DNA from: Candidatus Latescibacterota bacterium | GTDB taxonomy: Bacteria; Latescibacterota; CBDEFO01 | DNA: 64,000 bases | Direction: 5' to 3' | Assembly (NCBI GenBank): GCA_965248755.1 | Contig: OZ252149.1 | Location: 2,176,001 to 2,240,000, forward strand | In this document: positions 20,559-29,567 of the stretch, one piece after another | Layout of the letters: every line of letters starts with the position of its first letter | How positions within the stretch are numbered: position 1 is the first letter of the stretch | Translations under genes and position numbers: made by a program | The notes under the pieces: model-generated | What the model saw: only the letters and a program-made list of their open reading frames with translations | Database searches by the model: none | What the model was told of the DNA's origin: nothing

Positions 20559-21557
20559 CTAATCGGCCATCAATTTTATGAGCTCACTGCATCTGTTGGC
20601 ATAGCCCCACTCATTGTCATACCATCCTATTACCTTAACCAGGTTGTCCTCTACAACACAGGTCGAAAGGGCATCAAAGATGCAGGAAGCTGGATCGCCT
20701 ATAATATCAGCTAAGACTATCGGCTCCTCGCTGTAAAAAAGATACCCCATCAGGCTGCCTGCTTGGGAGGCCGCCTTGAATGCCTCATTGACCTCATCTG
20801 TGGTGGCGTTCTTTTTCAACTCCGCTACAAGATCTGTCAGAGATCCGTTAGGAGTGGGGACCCTCACAGACATTCCGTTCAATTTTCCGTTCAGCTCGGG
20901 TATGACCTTACCGACAGCTACCGCGGCGCCTGTGGTAGTCGGGATCATCGAGACTGCGGATGCTCTGGCTCTCCTTAAATCCTTATGCGGTTGATCCACA
21001 ACTGCCTGATCGTTTGTGTAGGAATGAATCGTGGTCATCAATCCTTTCCGAACTCCGAAGTTATCGTTTAGGACCTTCACCATAGGAGCAAGGCAGTTGG
21101 TGGTGCAAGAGGCGTTGGATACTATCGTATATTCGGGTTTGAGCGCAGAGTCGTTCACACCCAGAACTATGGTAACGTCTTCACCCTTGGCCGGAGCCGA
21201 TATGAGGACTTTCTTTGCGCCTGCTTTCAGATGCCCTGATGTCTTTTCTCTTTCTGTGAAGAGGCCAGTGGATTCAAGGACTACATCCACGCCCAGATCT
21301 CCCCAGGGGAGGTTGGCCGGATCCCTTTCGGACAAGACCTTGATCTCAGCCCCATCCACGACGATAGCGCCGTCCTTGGGTTCGATCGAACCTGGGTATT
21401 TGCCGTGCACTGAATCGTATCTCAAAAGATGAGCCAAAGTATGGGCATCAGTTATATCGTTCACAGCAAGGACATCGCACCCTCCCTGTTCCATCGCTGC
21501 CCTGAAGACCAATCTTCCGATCCTTCCAAATCCGTTAATTCCCACCCTCACTGCCAT
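20559..21557 (-). CDS. gap: Glyceraldehyde-3-phosphate dehydrogenase, type I
   Basis: GINGFGRIGR, SNASCTTNCLAP, WYDNEWGY; start at MAVRVG. Confidence 0.98.
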   Translation of the reverse strand: MAVRVGINGFGRIGRLVFRAAMEQGGCDVLAVNDITDAHTLAHLLRYDSVHGKYPGSIEPKDGAIVVDGAEIKVLSERDPANLPWGDLGVDVVLESTGLFTEREKTSGHLKAGAKKVLISAPAKGEDVTIVLGVNDSALKPEYTIVSNASCTTNCLAPMVKVLNDNFGVRKGLMTTIHSYTNDQAVVDQPHKDLRRARASAVSMIPTTTGAAVAVGKVIPELNGKLNGMSVRVPTPNGSLTDLVAELKKNATTDEVNEAFKAASQAGSLMGYLFYSEEPIVLADIIGDPASCIFDALSTCVVEDNLVKVIGWYDNEWGYANRCSELIKLMAD

Positions 21558-21996
21558 TTTCATCCTCCTTCTGACTTTCATCCTCCTTCTCACTGAAGGA
21601 CCAATCTTCCACTTTAATGTCCTTAACCTGACTGAAGTTGCCGACCTTTTGTGTGACCAGAACAAAATCCATAGATAAGGCTATGCTGATCACCCTTAAA
21701 TCTCTCTCAGGCAGTGTTGCTCCCGCAAATTTTAAGGACGCCCATATCTTCCCGTACTGATCCGCTGCAGAAAGGTCAAAAGGCAAAACACCGACATCCT
21801 CCAAAAAGTTTTCTACCTGACTCAGACGCTGTTCTTTGTTGGTACTTGCAGCATTGGCAACAGACAAAAGCTCTGCCGCTGTTATTACCGACGTGGTGAT
21901 CCTATCGTCTTTTGCCAGGGCCTTAATCTTTGAGATAATGTCTTCGTTTTTCCTCAAAATCTCAACACATATGTCTGTATCCAGAAGATAGCTCAC
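21535..21996 (-). CDS. VapC-family PIN domain ribonuclease
   Basis: YLLDTD, SVITAAEL, LPFD..AA..YG, D..I...A, LVT; the fourth motif reads TQK; GTGA overlap with upstream gene. Confidence 0.88.
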   Translation of the reverse strand: MSYLLDTDICVEILRKNEDIISKIKALAKDDRITTSVITAAELLSVANAASTNKEQRLSQVENFLEDVGVLPFDLSAADQYGKIWASLKFAGATLPERDLRVISIALSMDFVLVTQKVGNFSQVKDIKVEDWSFSEKEDESQKEDENGSEGGN

Positions 21997-22631
21997 TCCT
22001 CGTGACTCCTCCTTTGGCTTCTCCTTGTAGTCTGGATATCTGCCTCAGCAGACTCCCCACATACTTCCTTCAAAACCGCATCCAGGTCCTGACTCTCCTC
22101 CCAGATGCCGGCGTGTTCCAACAAGAGAGCACTAGAGCACCCCATAGTGCTCGAGTCTACGATGTTGCTCAACTGCTCCATCTTTTTGGTGCTTCCCTCT
22201 AAATTGACATTGCCTGTCTTGATCTTGTCAGACAGATCGTCCACAATATTCTTGAATATCTTCAGACCTATCTTCTGAAATTTTCTAAGCAACCTGTCGA
22301 ACTCGGCGGTGTTCAAGCTCAGCGCCATCGACTTTCCTAAAGCAACTACGGTAGCTGACCTGATCTTTCCCGTGAGGACACCCATTTCCCCTACCAGTTG
22401 TCCAGGTTTGATCTGAGCTACGCTGACACCGCCGAGGGACCTTACGTCCAGTTCACCAGACATCAGAATCAACATCTCCCTGCTGCCTCCCCCGTACTTG
22501 AATATCACCTCATTGGGCTCATACTCCTTCTGCTGGCATGCGCTCAGCACCAGCTTTGCCTCATCCACTGAGAGTTCCCCGAACATGGGGATCTTCCTCA
22601 GTATGTTCAGCATCTTGAAGTCGGTTGCCAT
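21993..22631 (-). CDS. Cyclic nucleotide-binding domain protein with C-terminal antitoxin-like tail
   Basis: IPMF..L, VIF..G, GEMGVL...RSATVVA phosphate-binding cassette; tail LLLEHAGIWEESQDLDAVLKEV; no Crp HTH. Confidence 0.8.
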   Translation of the reverse strand: MATDFKMLNILRKIPMFGELSVDEAKLVLSACQQKEYEPNEVIFKYGGGSREMLILMSGELDVRSLGGVSVAQIKPGQLVGEMGVLTGKIRSATVVALGKSMALSLNTAEFDRLLRKFQKIGLKIFKNIVDDLSDKIKTGNVNLEGSTKKMEQLSNIVDSSTMGCSSALLLEHAGIWEESQDLDAVLKEVCGESAEADIQTTRRSQRRSHEE

Positions 22632-22644
22632 GTCTTATCCTCCT

Positions 22645-23529
22645 TCACGTAACGGATGGCTCTTTTGCTGAGACACCCAGGCCGAATATGGCAAAGTCGT
22701 ACTTTACAGGATCGTCTTTATCGAACTTCCTCAGGCTATCTGTGATGTCCTCGGCGGTTTTCCAGTCGTTTGATTTGCGCTCAGTCAATTTGAACTTCCT
22801 GGAGAGCCTGGACACATGCACGTCCAGCGGGATGACCAGCATCCTTGTCGGAACTTCTCTCCATAAGCCGATATCAACAGAGTCCGATCTGACCATCCAC
22901 CTCAGATACATATTCAGCCTTTTACATGCGCTGCCCCCGCCCGGAGAAGGGATCAGTGCTTTGACCCTTTGGGGAATCTCATCCGTCTCTGGGAGTGGAT
23001 CCAGATTATAGATGTTCTGGACGAATCTCGTTAAAGCCGGCCTGATCGTCCCATCTGAGAGATCGAGCCCTCTGAGAAAGAGTTCTTTTATGGACCCGTA
23101 TTTTTCTATGACCTGTTTCAAAAGATATATCACACACGCCACGTCGTCGCCCAATATCATTCGATACGCAAAATGAGAAAAGCCTTTAAAACGCTCGAGA
23201 TCTCTTTTTGGATCAAAATTGGCTACGAACTTGTAAGGTCTATCTTCCATTTGTCTGAATATCTTCTCCAAGCTTGAAAGTATGTTAGTCCTCCTGCCCT
23301 GAGCCATAATAGAGGCAATCATCCCGGCGACTTCACGATCTCTATCGTCTGAGTATCTGTGCACGAATTTGACCGGATCGTTCGGTATGAAATCCGGCGT
23401 GTTGTACTTTTCAAAGAGCAAGTCCAAGGACTTCTTCAGTTCTATGTCGGAGTCCGAAAGGTCAAACGTAGACTCCGTTACGGTTTTTCTATCTGCATTT
23501 TCAAATAGATCTATCTCATCAAAGGTCAT
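22645..23529 (-). CDS. TIGR02757 family protein (HhH-GPD-like)
   Basis: DPV.FVHRY, SACKRLNMYLRWMVR, D.G.W, IPLDVH, DPVKYDFA.FG. Confidence 0.92.
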   Translation of the reverse strand: MTFDEIDLFENADRKTVTESTFDLSDSDIELKKSLDLLFEKYNTPDFIPNDPVKFVHRYSDDRDREVAGMIASIMAQGRRTNILSSLEKIFRQMEDRPYKFVANFDPKRDLERFKGFSHFAYRMILGDDVACVIYLLKQVIEKYGSIKELFLRGLDLSDGTIRPALTRFVQNIYNLDPLPETDEIPQRVKALIPSPGGGSACKRLNMYLRWMVRSDSVDIGLWREVPTRMLVIPLDVHVSRLSRKFKLTERKSNDWKTAEDITDSLRKFDKDDPVKYDFAIFGLGVSAKEPSVT

Positions 23530-23547
23530 ACTCGCCTATTCCCCATT

Positions 23548-24087
23548 TCAATTCATCAGGCTCTTAACCCTTAGTATAGCCCATTTAGCTTCAGGGTAGT
23601 CATAATTTGCAGTTAGAGCTTCCTCGTAAGCTTTCTTGTACTCCTCAATGGCCTCAAGCCAGGCTCCCTGAAGTTCCAGAATCCTTGCCAAATTGAAGTG
23701 AGGATAGTGATAGCACTCGTATCTTCTGGCTACCATGGCTTTCTTGAGGTAGGGTACAGCTTCATCGAACCTTCCCAACTCGATCAGATAAGCTCCTATA
23801 TCGTTGTAGGGATTACCAAAGTCGGGATCGACTTCTATTGCCTTTTTACACTCCCCTATCGCTTCGTGTAGACTTCCCATAAAACTGTAATTCCACCCCA
23901 GGAACGTATGCGCCTCTCCGGTGGGATAAAAGTCTATGGATTGCTCGTAGTACTTGATCGCTTCCTCAAAATAAATAAGCGCCTCCTCCTCCCTGCCCTC
24001 ACTCTGAGCCTGATGAGCCTGCATCTGAATCTGGTATGCCTTCCTCCAACAATCCTCAGCTTCCTTTTGGACGTCGCTTTTATCCAT
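23548..24087 (-). CDS. Tetratricopeptide repeat protein
   Basis: PT.EAHTFLGW.YS, AI.ECKKAIEVDPDFGNPYNDIGAYL TPR pattern. Confidence 0.88.
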   Translation of the reverse strand: MDKSDVQKEAEDCWRKAYQIQMQAHQAQSEGREEEALIYFEEAIKYYEQSIDFYPTGEAHTFLGWNYSFMGSLHEAIGECKKAIEVDPDFGNPYNDIGAYLIELGRFDEAVPYLKKAMVARRYECYHYPHFNLARILELQGAWLEAIEEYKKAYEEALTANYDYPEAKWAILRVKSLMN

Positions 24088-24269
24088 ATACAGTCGGCAC
24101 CTCCTACACCTGCTTTTTTAAGATACTCAGCGGATTTAGGGAGCTCTATTTCAGGATCGCCCAAGATACGACGTTCCATAGCCATATACTTACCGTAACC
24201 TGTCAAGCTCACATCAACAAAGCCGATTGTAACTCAAATATAAAAATACTGCATTGCGATGTCAACTAT

Positions 24270-24612
24270 ATTTTCGATAAAGTGATCTTAAACATAAACG
24301 CATCCCACCAGGGCTACTACATACCAATCCGATGTAGAACGCGCCCACAGCCTGATCGAATGCGAATTCTACAATACTGTCCAGATCACTGACCGGTCGA
24401 ACCTTTTCCTGTAACTCCAAGCCTATCAATGGATGCTCAATACCCACAGACAGAATAGCTGTAAGGACTTCAAACGCTCCTTTACAGATACGCATTCAAC
24501 ACCAAACCACAGAAAATCTCGATCCTCAACGCTTTAACTTCCCAGTCTTGATTCTCGACTCTCTTCTCTCTAACTTTATCAAAGGTGCATACCGTGCGCC
24601 TTTACCCGACAA
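24270..24612 (+). pseudogene. Decayed DDE transposase 3' remnant (IS481/IS3-like integrase core)
   Basis: Across frameshifts: KHKRIPPG/ATTYQSDVERAHSLIECEFY...YQW.LN..R.N...PVLILD; internal stops. Confidence 0.6.
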
Positions 24613-24780
24613 ATTGTGATTTTTTTTGACTGTGATTCGGATCGGTGAGAAAATTAGGCAGATTTGCGCCACAGATTGACATCGTAGCTCGGAGATGTCT
24701 CCTACGACAAAGTTGGGATAAGATTGAGACGATGGGCGTTTCCTCTGCCGGATAGAGCAGGAAGTCTACACACCCAGTTC

Positions 24781-25260
24781 TTATGAAACTTGAATCTCTC
24801 CGTTCTCCCTTACTTCTTCCGTCCTTACTGTCCCGAACTTGGACGTGAGCACAGCTCCGAACCCAAGAGCAAGAGCTGCCGATAAGGTAAACCAGCCGAA
24901 ATACGGTATCTGGTGTACGAGGGTCAGGATTATGAGTCCGATCACAAGCTCCAGTATGGGGGACTTCTCTTTTATTTTAAGAGGTATCTCTTTGCCGATT
25001 ACGAGTGTGACAGCTATATATCCGAGGAACATCGCGACAGAAGCTGCAAGTCCGATAAGCGGTAAAAGGGGTATTCCGATTATGGTTATGCCTATGAGCA
25101 CCATAAGAGGACCTATGCAAATCATCCCGCACAGACCTATAAGTACAGACTGCCATAAACTGTTTCGTAAGGTGTAGGATACGTTCTCGACATGTCGTGG
25201 AAGGAAGGTTATAAAGATCGCTCCCAGGGCTATGAGATCCAGGAAAAGTATGAAGTCCAT
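24781..25260 (-). CDS. Multi-pass membrane protein, duplicate of the C-terminal domain of 25329-26315
   Basis: High protein and DNA identity to the neighbour; own AGGAGG RBS. Confidence 0.8.
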   Translation of the reverse strand: MDFILFLDLIALGAIFITFLPRHVENVSYTLRNSLWQSVLIGLCGMICIGPLMVLIGITIIGIPLLPLIGLAASVAMFLGYIAVTLVIGKEIPLKIKEKSPILELVIGLIILTLVHQIPYFGWFTLSAALALGFGAVLTSKFGTVRTEEVRENGEIQVS

Positions 25261-25328
25261 TTTCTCCTCCTTTGTGCAGTAGTTATTTCTAAAAGGCTAA
25301 TGGGTGTTGTGGATTTTGAAAAACGAGT

Positions 25329-26315
25329 CTATGAAGCCTGGGCCTCTCCGTTCTCCCTTACTTTCTCTGTCCTTACTGTCCCGAATTTGGATGTAAGAAC
25401 AGCTCCGAATCCAAGGGCAATAGTCGCTGAGAGGGTGAGCCAACCGAGATACGGTATCTGGTTCACAAGCGCCAGGATTATGGCTCCAATTGCAAGCTCC
25501 AGTATGGGGGACTTCTCTTTTATTTTAAGAGGTATCCCCTTGCCGATTACGAGTGTGACAGCTATGTATCCGAGGAACATAGCGACAAAGGCGGCAAGTC
25601 CGATAAGCGGCACAAGGGGTATTCCGATTATGGTTATGCCTATGAGCACCATAAGAGGACCTACGCATATCAATCCGAACAGACCAATAAGTACAGACTG
25701 CCATATACTGTTTCTTGCGGTATGGGATATGCTCTCGATATGCATGGGAAAGAAGATCATAAGGAGTGCACCCAGGGCTATGACAACCAGGGCGACCGCG
25801 ATCTTGTAAATGATTTTGGCGAAGAAAAGGAAGCCGGAAATCTTATCCCTGACTTCAGGCGTAAATGCGCGCCGTGCTATAGGGGGGAGTATTGCATTTA
25901 AGCCTTGAATGTCCCCCACTTCCATCACGTCTCCACTTATTATTGCCGTGCTGTCAGCTACTATTTGTCCTCCTATTGAGAGTACGTCTTTGACCTCGGC
26001 TCCCGCTTCTAAATAGACATTTCCTCCTATAGCTGCTACATCTTTGGTCTTTCCTGAGACTGTCGCGCTCCCTACGATGGCCACGGCGTTTCTGGTCTGG
26101 CCCTTGACATCAATACTTCCTCCGATAGCCACAGCGTCTTTGGCACTTCCTTTCACTGTTACGGAGCCGCCTATAGCGACTACGTTTTTTACTGTTTCAC
26201 CTTCTTCAACTACTATATTCTGGCCCGATCTTACAATATCCTTGGCGGCGAAGGCCTGAGATGCCATAAGGAATAGAGCTATGGCTAACGTTGTGACGAT
26301 GAAGATCCTTTTCAT
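25329..26315 (-). CDS. Secreted beta-helix (bactofilin-like AIGG repeats) plus multi-TM membrane protein
   Basis: Signal peptide, V.AIGG.V.V.G repeats, hydrophobic C-terminal domain. Confidence 0.8.
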   Translation of the reverse strand: MKRIFIVTTLAIALFLMASQAFAAKDIVRSGQNIVVEEGETVKNVVAIGGSVTVKGSAKDAVAIGGSIDVKGQTRNAVAIVGSATVSGKTKDVAAIGGNVYLEAGAEVKDVLSIGGQIVADSTAIISGDVMEVGDIQGLNAILPPIARRAFTPEVRDKISGFLFFAKIIYKIAVALVVIALGALLMIFFPMHIESISHTARNSIWQSVLIGLFGLICVGPLMVLIGITIIGIPLVPLIGLAAFVAMFLGYIAVTLVIGKGIPLKIKEKSPILELAIGAIILALVNQIPYLGWLTLSATIALGFGAVLTSKFGTVRTEKVRENGEAQAS

Positions 26316-26330
26316 CTTCTTCTCCTTTGT

Positions 26331-26888
26331 TTATAGGTTTCTGATTTTAACACGTCCATTTACAAGATTTATAAATCTCATCAAAATCCCTCCGAAGAGA
26401 AAGAGGGATATTCCCACCGCTATAGTAAGTTCCTTGGAGAACAGAGCTAAGATCTCTGCAGTGATGCTTATATACGGCGACAGCGCTTCTGCCGTGTTTC
26501 GAATATCAAGGAGCGCTGAGACCATCTCCGATGCCACATTTAACGGACCGATCACATAGACATATGAGATCAGAGTCAATCCGAGCAGCAATAATAACGA
26601 GGCCAAGGCCACAGCGGGTTTCAAGACGACTTCGAGGATGCGATGGAGGAGGGGTACATTTGCTTTTCCATATGTGTAGGGCAACCTGCCCATAACGCTT
26701 TTGACGAAATCTTCAGGCGGAGCTATCGGGGGCGTCTTCTCTGTGAGTGTTATGACTTTCCTCAACGATTCTAATTCCTTTTTGCAAGATGGACAGTCTT
26801 CTATGTGCTTTTCGATTTCTTTTCGCTGAGGCTCTATAAGCCTCCCGTCTATGTAGACTTGAAGATGGTTCCCTATGGCTTTGTGCAT
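26331..26888 (-). CDS. Zinc-binding anti-sigma factor (zf-HC2) with TM helices
   Basis: L..YIDG.L...HIEDCPSC, PP.DF...VM, two TM segments. Confidence 0.88.
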   Translation of the reverse strand: MHKAIGNHLQVYIDGRLIEPQRKEIEKHIEDCPSCKKELESLRKVITLTEKTPPIAPPEDFVKSVMGRLPYTYGKANVPLLHRILEVVLKPAVALASLLLLLGLTLISYVYVIGPLNVASEMVSALLDIRNTAEALSPYISITAEILALFSKELTIAVGISLFLFGGILMRFINLVNGRVKIRNL

Positions 26889-27453
26889 TTTTGCATGCTC
26901 CGTTTATATCAGATCTTTCAATAGTACTCTGCAGTATCTTTCTTGCTCTGAACAGTCTCCCCATCACCGTTCCTGTTGGTATATCAAGTATTTCCGCTAT
27001 CTCCTCGTACGCACAGTCCTGTAAATGTCTGAGAATTACGACCGACCTGTAATGTTCTGGAAGCGAGTCTATAGCTCTTTGTACCTCCATTCTTATATCT
27101 TTGGATTCTAACTCCACATCAGGGGCGTCTTTGTCGTCTGGAATCTGAGGTGCATCCTCCTCGTCTGTGGAGACCGTACGATTTGTTCCGCTTCTGAGTC
27201 TATCGACACACAGGTTGGTAGTTATTTTAAAGAGCCACACTCTGAATTTGAGATTTCTCTTAAATGTCCGTAGTGACCTGTAGGATCTAAGCCAGGCTTC
27301 CTGAGCGATGTCCTGTGCCTCTTCTTTGTTTTGAAGCATTCGATACGCGATGTTGTAGACGGGAACTTGATAGCGCACAACTAAGCTTTCAAAGGATCTT
27401 TTATCTCCCTTTAGCGTCCTTTTAACAAGCGTTATATCGTTCTGCTCAGGCAT
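26713..27453 (-). CDS. ECF sigma factor (SigW/RpoE-like), with read-through tail overlapping the anti-sigma gene
   Basis: GD..SFE.LV.RY, EAQDIAQE, F..WLF.I..N.C.D, LPE.YR....LR, YEEIAEIL.IP.GTV..RL.RAR. Confidence 0.92.
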   Translation of the reverse strand: MPEQNDITLVKRTLKGDKRSFESLVVRYQVPVYNIAYRMLQNKEEAQDIAQEAWLRSYRSLRTFKRNLKFRVWLFKITTNLCVDRLRSGTNRTVSTDEEDAPQIPDDKDAPDVELESKDIRMEVQRAIDSLPEHYRSVVILRHLQDCAYEEIAEILDIPTGTVMGRLFRARKILQSTIERSDINGACKNAQSHREPSSSLHRREAYRASAKRNRKAHRRLSILQKGIRIVEESHNTHREDAPDSSA

Positions 27454-27475
27454 AGGCTTTTCTCTCTTTATGTAC

Positions 27476-27502
27476 TACGAGGGAATGACCTGAAATATTT
27501 CA
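27476..27502 (-). promoter_or_regulatory. Candidate autoregulatory ECF promoter
   Basis: TGAAAT-N17-CGTA, 22 nt upstream of the sigma start; similar to the SigW consensus TGAAAC...CGTA. Confidence 0.55.
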
Positions 27503-27520
27503 CTTTTTTCGGAAGTAGGC

Positions 27521-27553
27521 AAAAAATAACCTCCGGTCTTTATTGACCGAAGG
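27521..27553 (-). terminator. Intrinsic terminator
   Basis: CCTTCGGTC/GACCGGAGG stem then TTATTTTTT on minus strand. Confidence 0.65.
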
Positions 27554-27658
27554 TATTGCGTTTCCATCAGAAAAAGGAAAGGGCGGGAATTTAGGAGCGG
27601 TGGTCATGCATTGTATGGGGTCTTCGGGCTAGGAGAAGATGAACATGCTTCGGGGCAC

Positions 27659-28609
27659 CTAATAGAGAGTTTCATGTGATATTTCTCTAACGGAGACACC
27701 TTTCTTTGCAAGAATAAGAACGAAATCAACGCGCTTCGCTATCATCTTGTTTGCATAGACAGTAATGGAAAGATCAAGGCGTCTCTTATAGTTTTTGCCC
27801 CTTTTCATTTTCACTTGAATATTTCCCAATGATAGATTCAGACCACGGTGTATGACTTCCTTGATAGTGTATATGTATATCTTTTGACCTGGATTCACGT
27901 TTGAGGCATCTCTGAACTGCACAGATGGCATAATCAGCTCACAGTCTGTTGGATTCTCGACGACTAGGTTAACCTTAACGTGTTCCGCAATTGCACTTGA
28001 TCTATTCTCCACTAAAAGTGGGATTAGGAACACCAGATCTTCCTCAATCTTGACCTGCTCACAACTGAACGCGGGATGTAGATCGGGACTATCCGTTGCT
28101 GCGAATAGTCTCTTTATCATCTCATAAGGTGCTTTTACAAATTCGTCTTCTGCTCGAAAGTACAACACGTTTTCTTCATTCTACATCACTGGATCGCCTA
28201 ATCTTTTTGGTATATGAATAACAACAATCCCTCTAGTGTCGGTTTTCTTTTGCCTTAGTATCTTGGTTTGAGCAGTGAGTATTGGAGGTGTCGCAACAGT
28301 CGGTATAGCTCGGCGAATCTGCTGTTCAAAGGGTCCAATATTGCCGATAGGTTCAAGTTGTGTTAGAACATCCAACCCTGTGGGGGCTTGTTTCGTCGTG
28401 CTGATGCCATAAATTATTAGTCCGCCTTGTGTATTGCAAAAACCAGATACCGCCTGTCCTAACTGACGCTTTATATCTTTCGTAGTGCGAGATCCCCCTG
28501 CAGTTTTACACTCGAGGTAAAGCCCCTCACTTTCCCTGTCTTCAATTAGCTGTTCTAATCGTTTGTATGAAGACAAGTCCTTGTAAACTTCGTTGGACGC
28601 GTCAGCCAC
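27659..28609 (-). pseudogene. Schlafen/AlbA_2 domain protein interrupted by one in-frame TAG at 28181-28183
   Basis: ES..LECK, AVSGFCNTQGG.IIYGI, then GDPVM*NEENVLYFRAED..V continuing in the same frame. Confidence 0.75.
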
Positions 28610-28834
28610 GGCACCCCTCCTAAGGCAACATAATTTATCCACTGAAATGGTAATGATAACTCAAAAGGATCCCAAGATTACAAACTTTCACCTTCCAAGT
28701 CAAGTGCTTTTCATCCCCTTTTCAAAGCCATCACTCCTCAACCGTCATCTTTCTTCTCTTTCAAACTGGATACATCCATCCACAAGATCAGATTTTTCCC
28801 CAAACTATAGGTTTTTGGCCCATAGAAGATCATA

Positions 28835-28875
28835 ATGAAAATGACCGGGTCACATTCGATCCGGTCATTTTTCAT
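28835..28875. terminator. Bidirectional hairpin terminator
   Basis: AAAATGACCGGGTC-acattc-GATCCGGTCATTTT. Confidence 0.7.
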
Positions 28876-29138
28876 AGCTTCTGCGAAAGACGAAATTGAG
28901 CCTATGGACTGCAACTTCGTTGAGGCTTGTCAGAACCAAAGTTGTGCACTATCCAAAGCTTCAGCACATAACTTATAGCTTCCTTTGCAGTGAAACGTCC
29001 ACCGCGGGGAGTTACCATAGGTTAGCTGACGATGGACCTACTTACGAGGCCCCCCAGAAGTATGGAGAAACCTCTACTAGGAAAGAAATAGCCTATAGCA
29101 TCTGGCATCCAACTAATCTTACCTTGTGCTCTTCCCTA

Positions 29139-29330
29139 TCATTCGGATGAGCTGAATCTTAACTTCCTCCGCTTTGCTGAATTAATCTTGCGTTTCCGTC
29201 TTTCACTTGGCTTTTCAAAGTGCTGGTGCTTTTTTATATCGGACATTATACCAGCCTTCTCACACGTCTTTTTGAACCTTCTAAGTGCTTTTTCAAATGG
29301 CTCTTTTTCTCTAACAGTAACGCCAGCCAT
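29139..29330 (-). CDS. rpsU: 30S ribosomal protein S21
   Basis: V.VRE.EPFEKALRRFKK.CEKAG...HFEKPS..RKRK. Confidence 0.97.
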   Translation of the reverse strand: MAGVTVREKEPFEKALRRFKKTCEKAGIMSDIKKHQHFEKPSERRKRKINSAKRRKLRFSSSE

Positions 29331-29390
29331 GCAAAAACTTCCCCTCCTTTCCTTAGCAATTTGCACCTCTATATTTAATAGCTACAAACG

Positions 29391-29419
29391 AATATAAACA
29401 ATTTGAAGTCGTATTGCAA
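29391..29419 (-). promoter_or_regulatory. Candidate rpsU promoter
   Basis: TTGCAA-N17-TATATT on minus strand. Confidence 0.6.
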
Positions 29420-29538
29420 ATACTTTTTGAATTCTAAAGACCTCGATGTTCATCTTTTCAATCTAATTCTATCGAAAACTGGTACCATGTGTCTTTGCTC
29501 GAAACCTTGAGAATACAAGCTTAGAGGCTACTTTCCTC

Positions 29539-29567
29539 TTGACAAGTTGTTGACTTTTTGGTACCTT
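29539..29567 (+). promoter_or_regulatory. Candidate promoter of the 29690 lipoprotein gene
   Basis: TTGACA-N17-TACCTT. Confidence 0.55.

Noticed and set aside
21558..21665. Extended gap N-terminus from the ORF track; similar extensions for clpX, ilvC, leuA, tag and rpsU
   Set aside because: Conserved N-termini and RBS positions support the downstream starts
28896..29150. 84-aa plus-strand ORF
   Set aside because: No RBS or motifs, and it overlaps the rpsU stop; treated as non-coding
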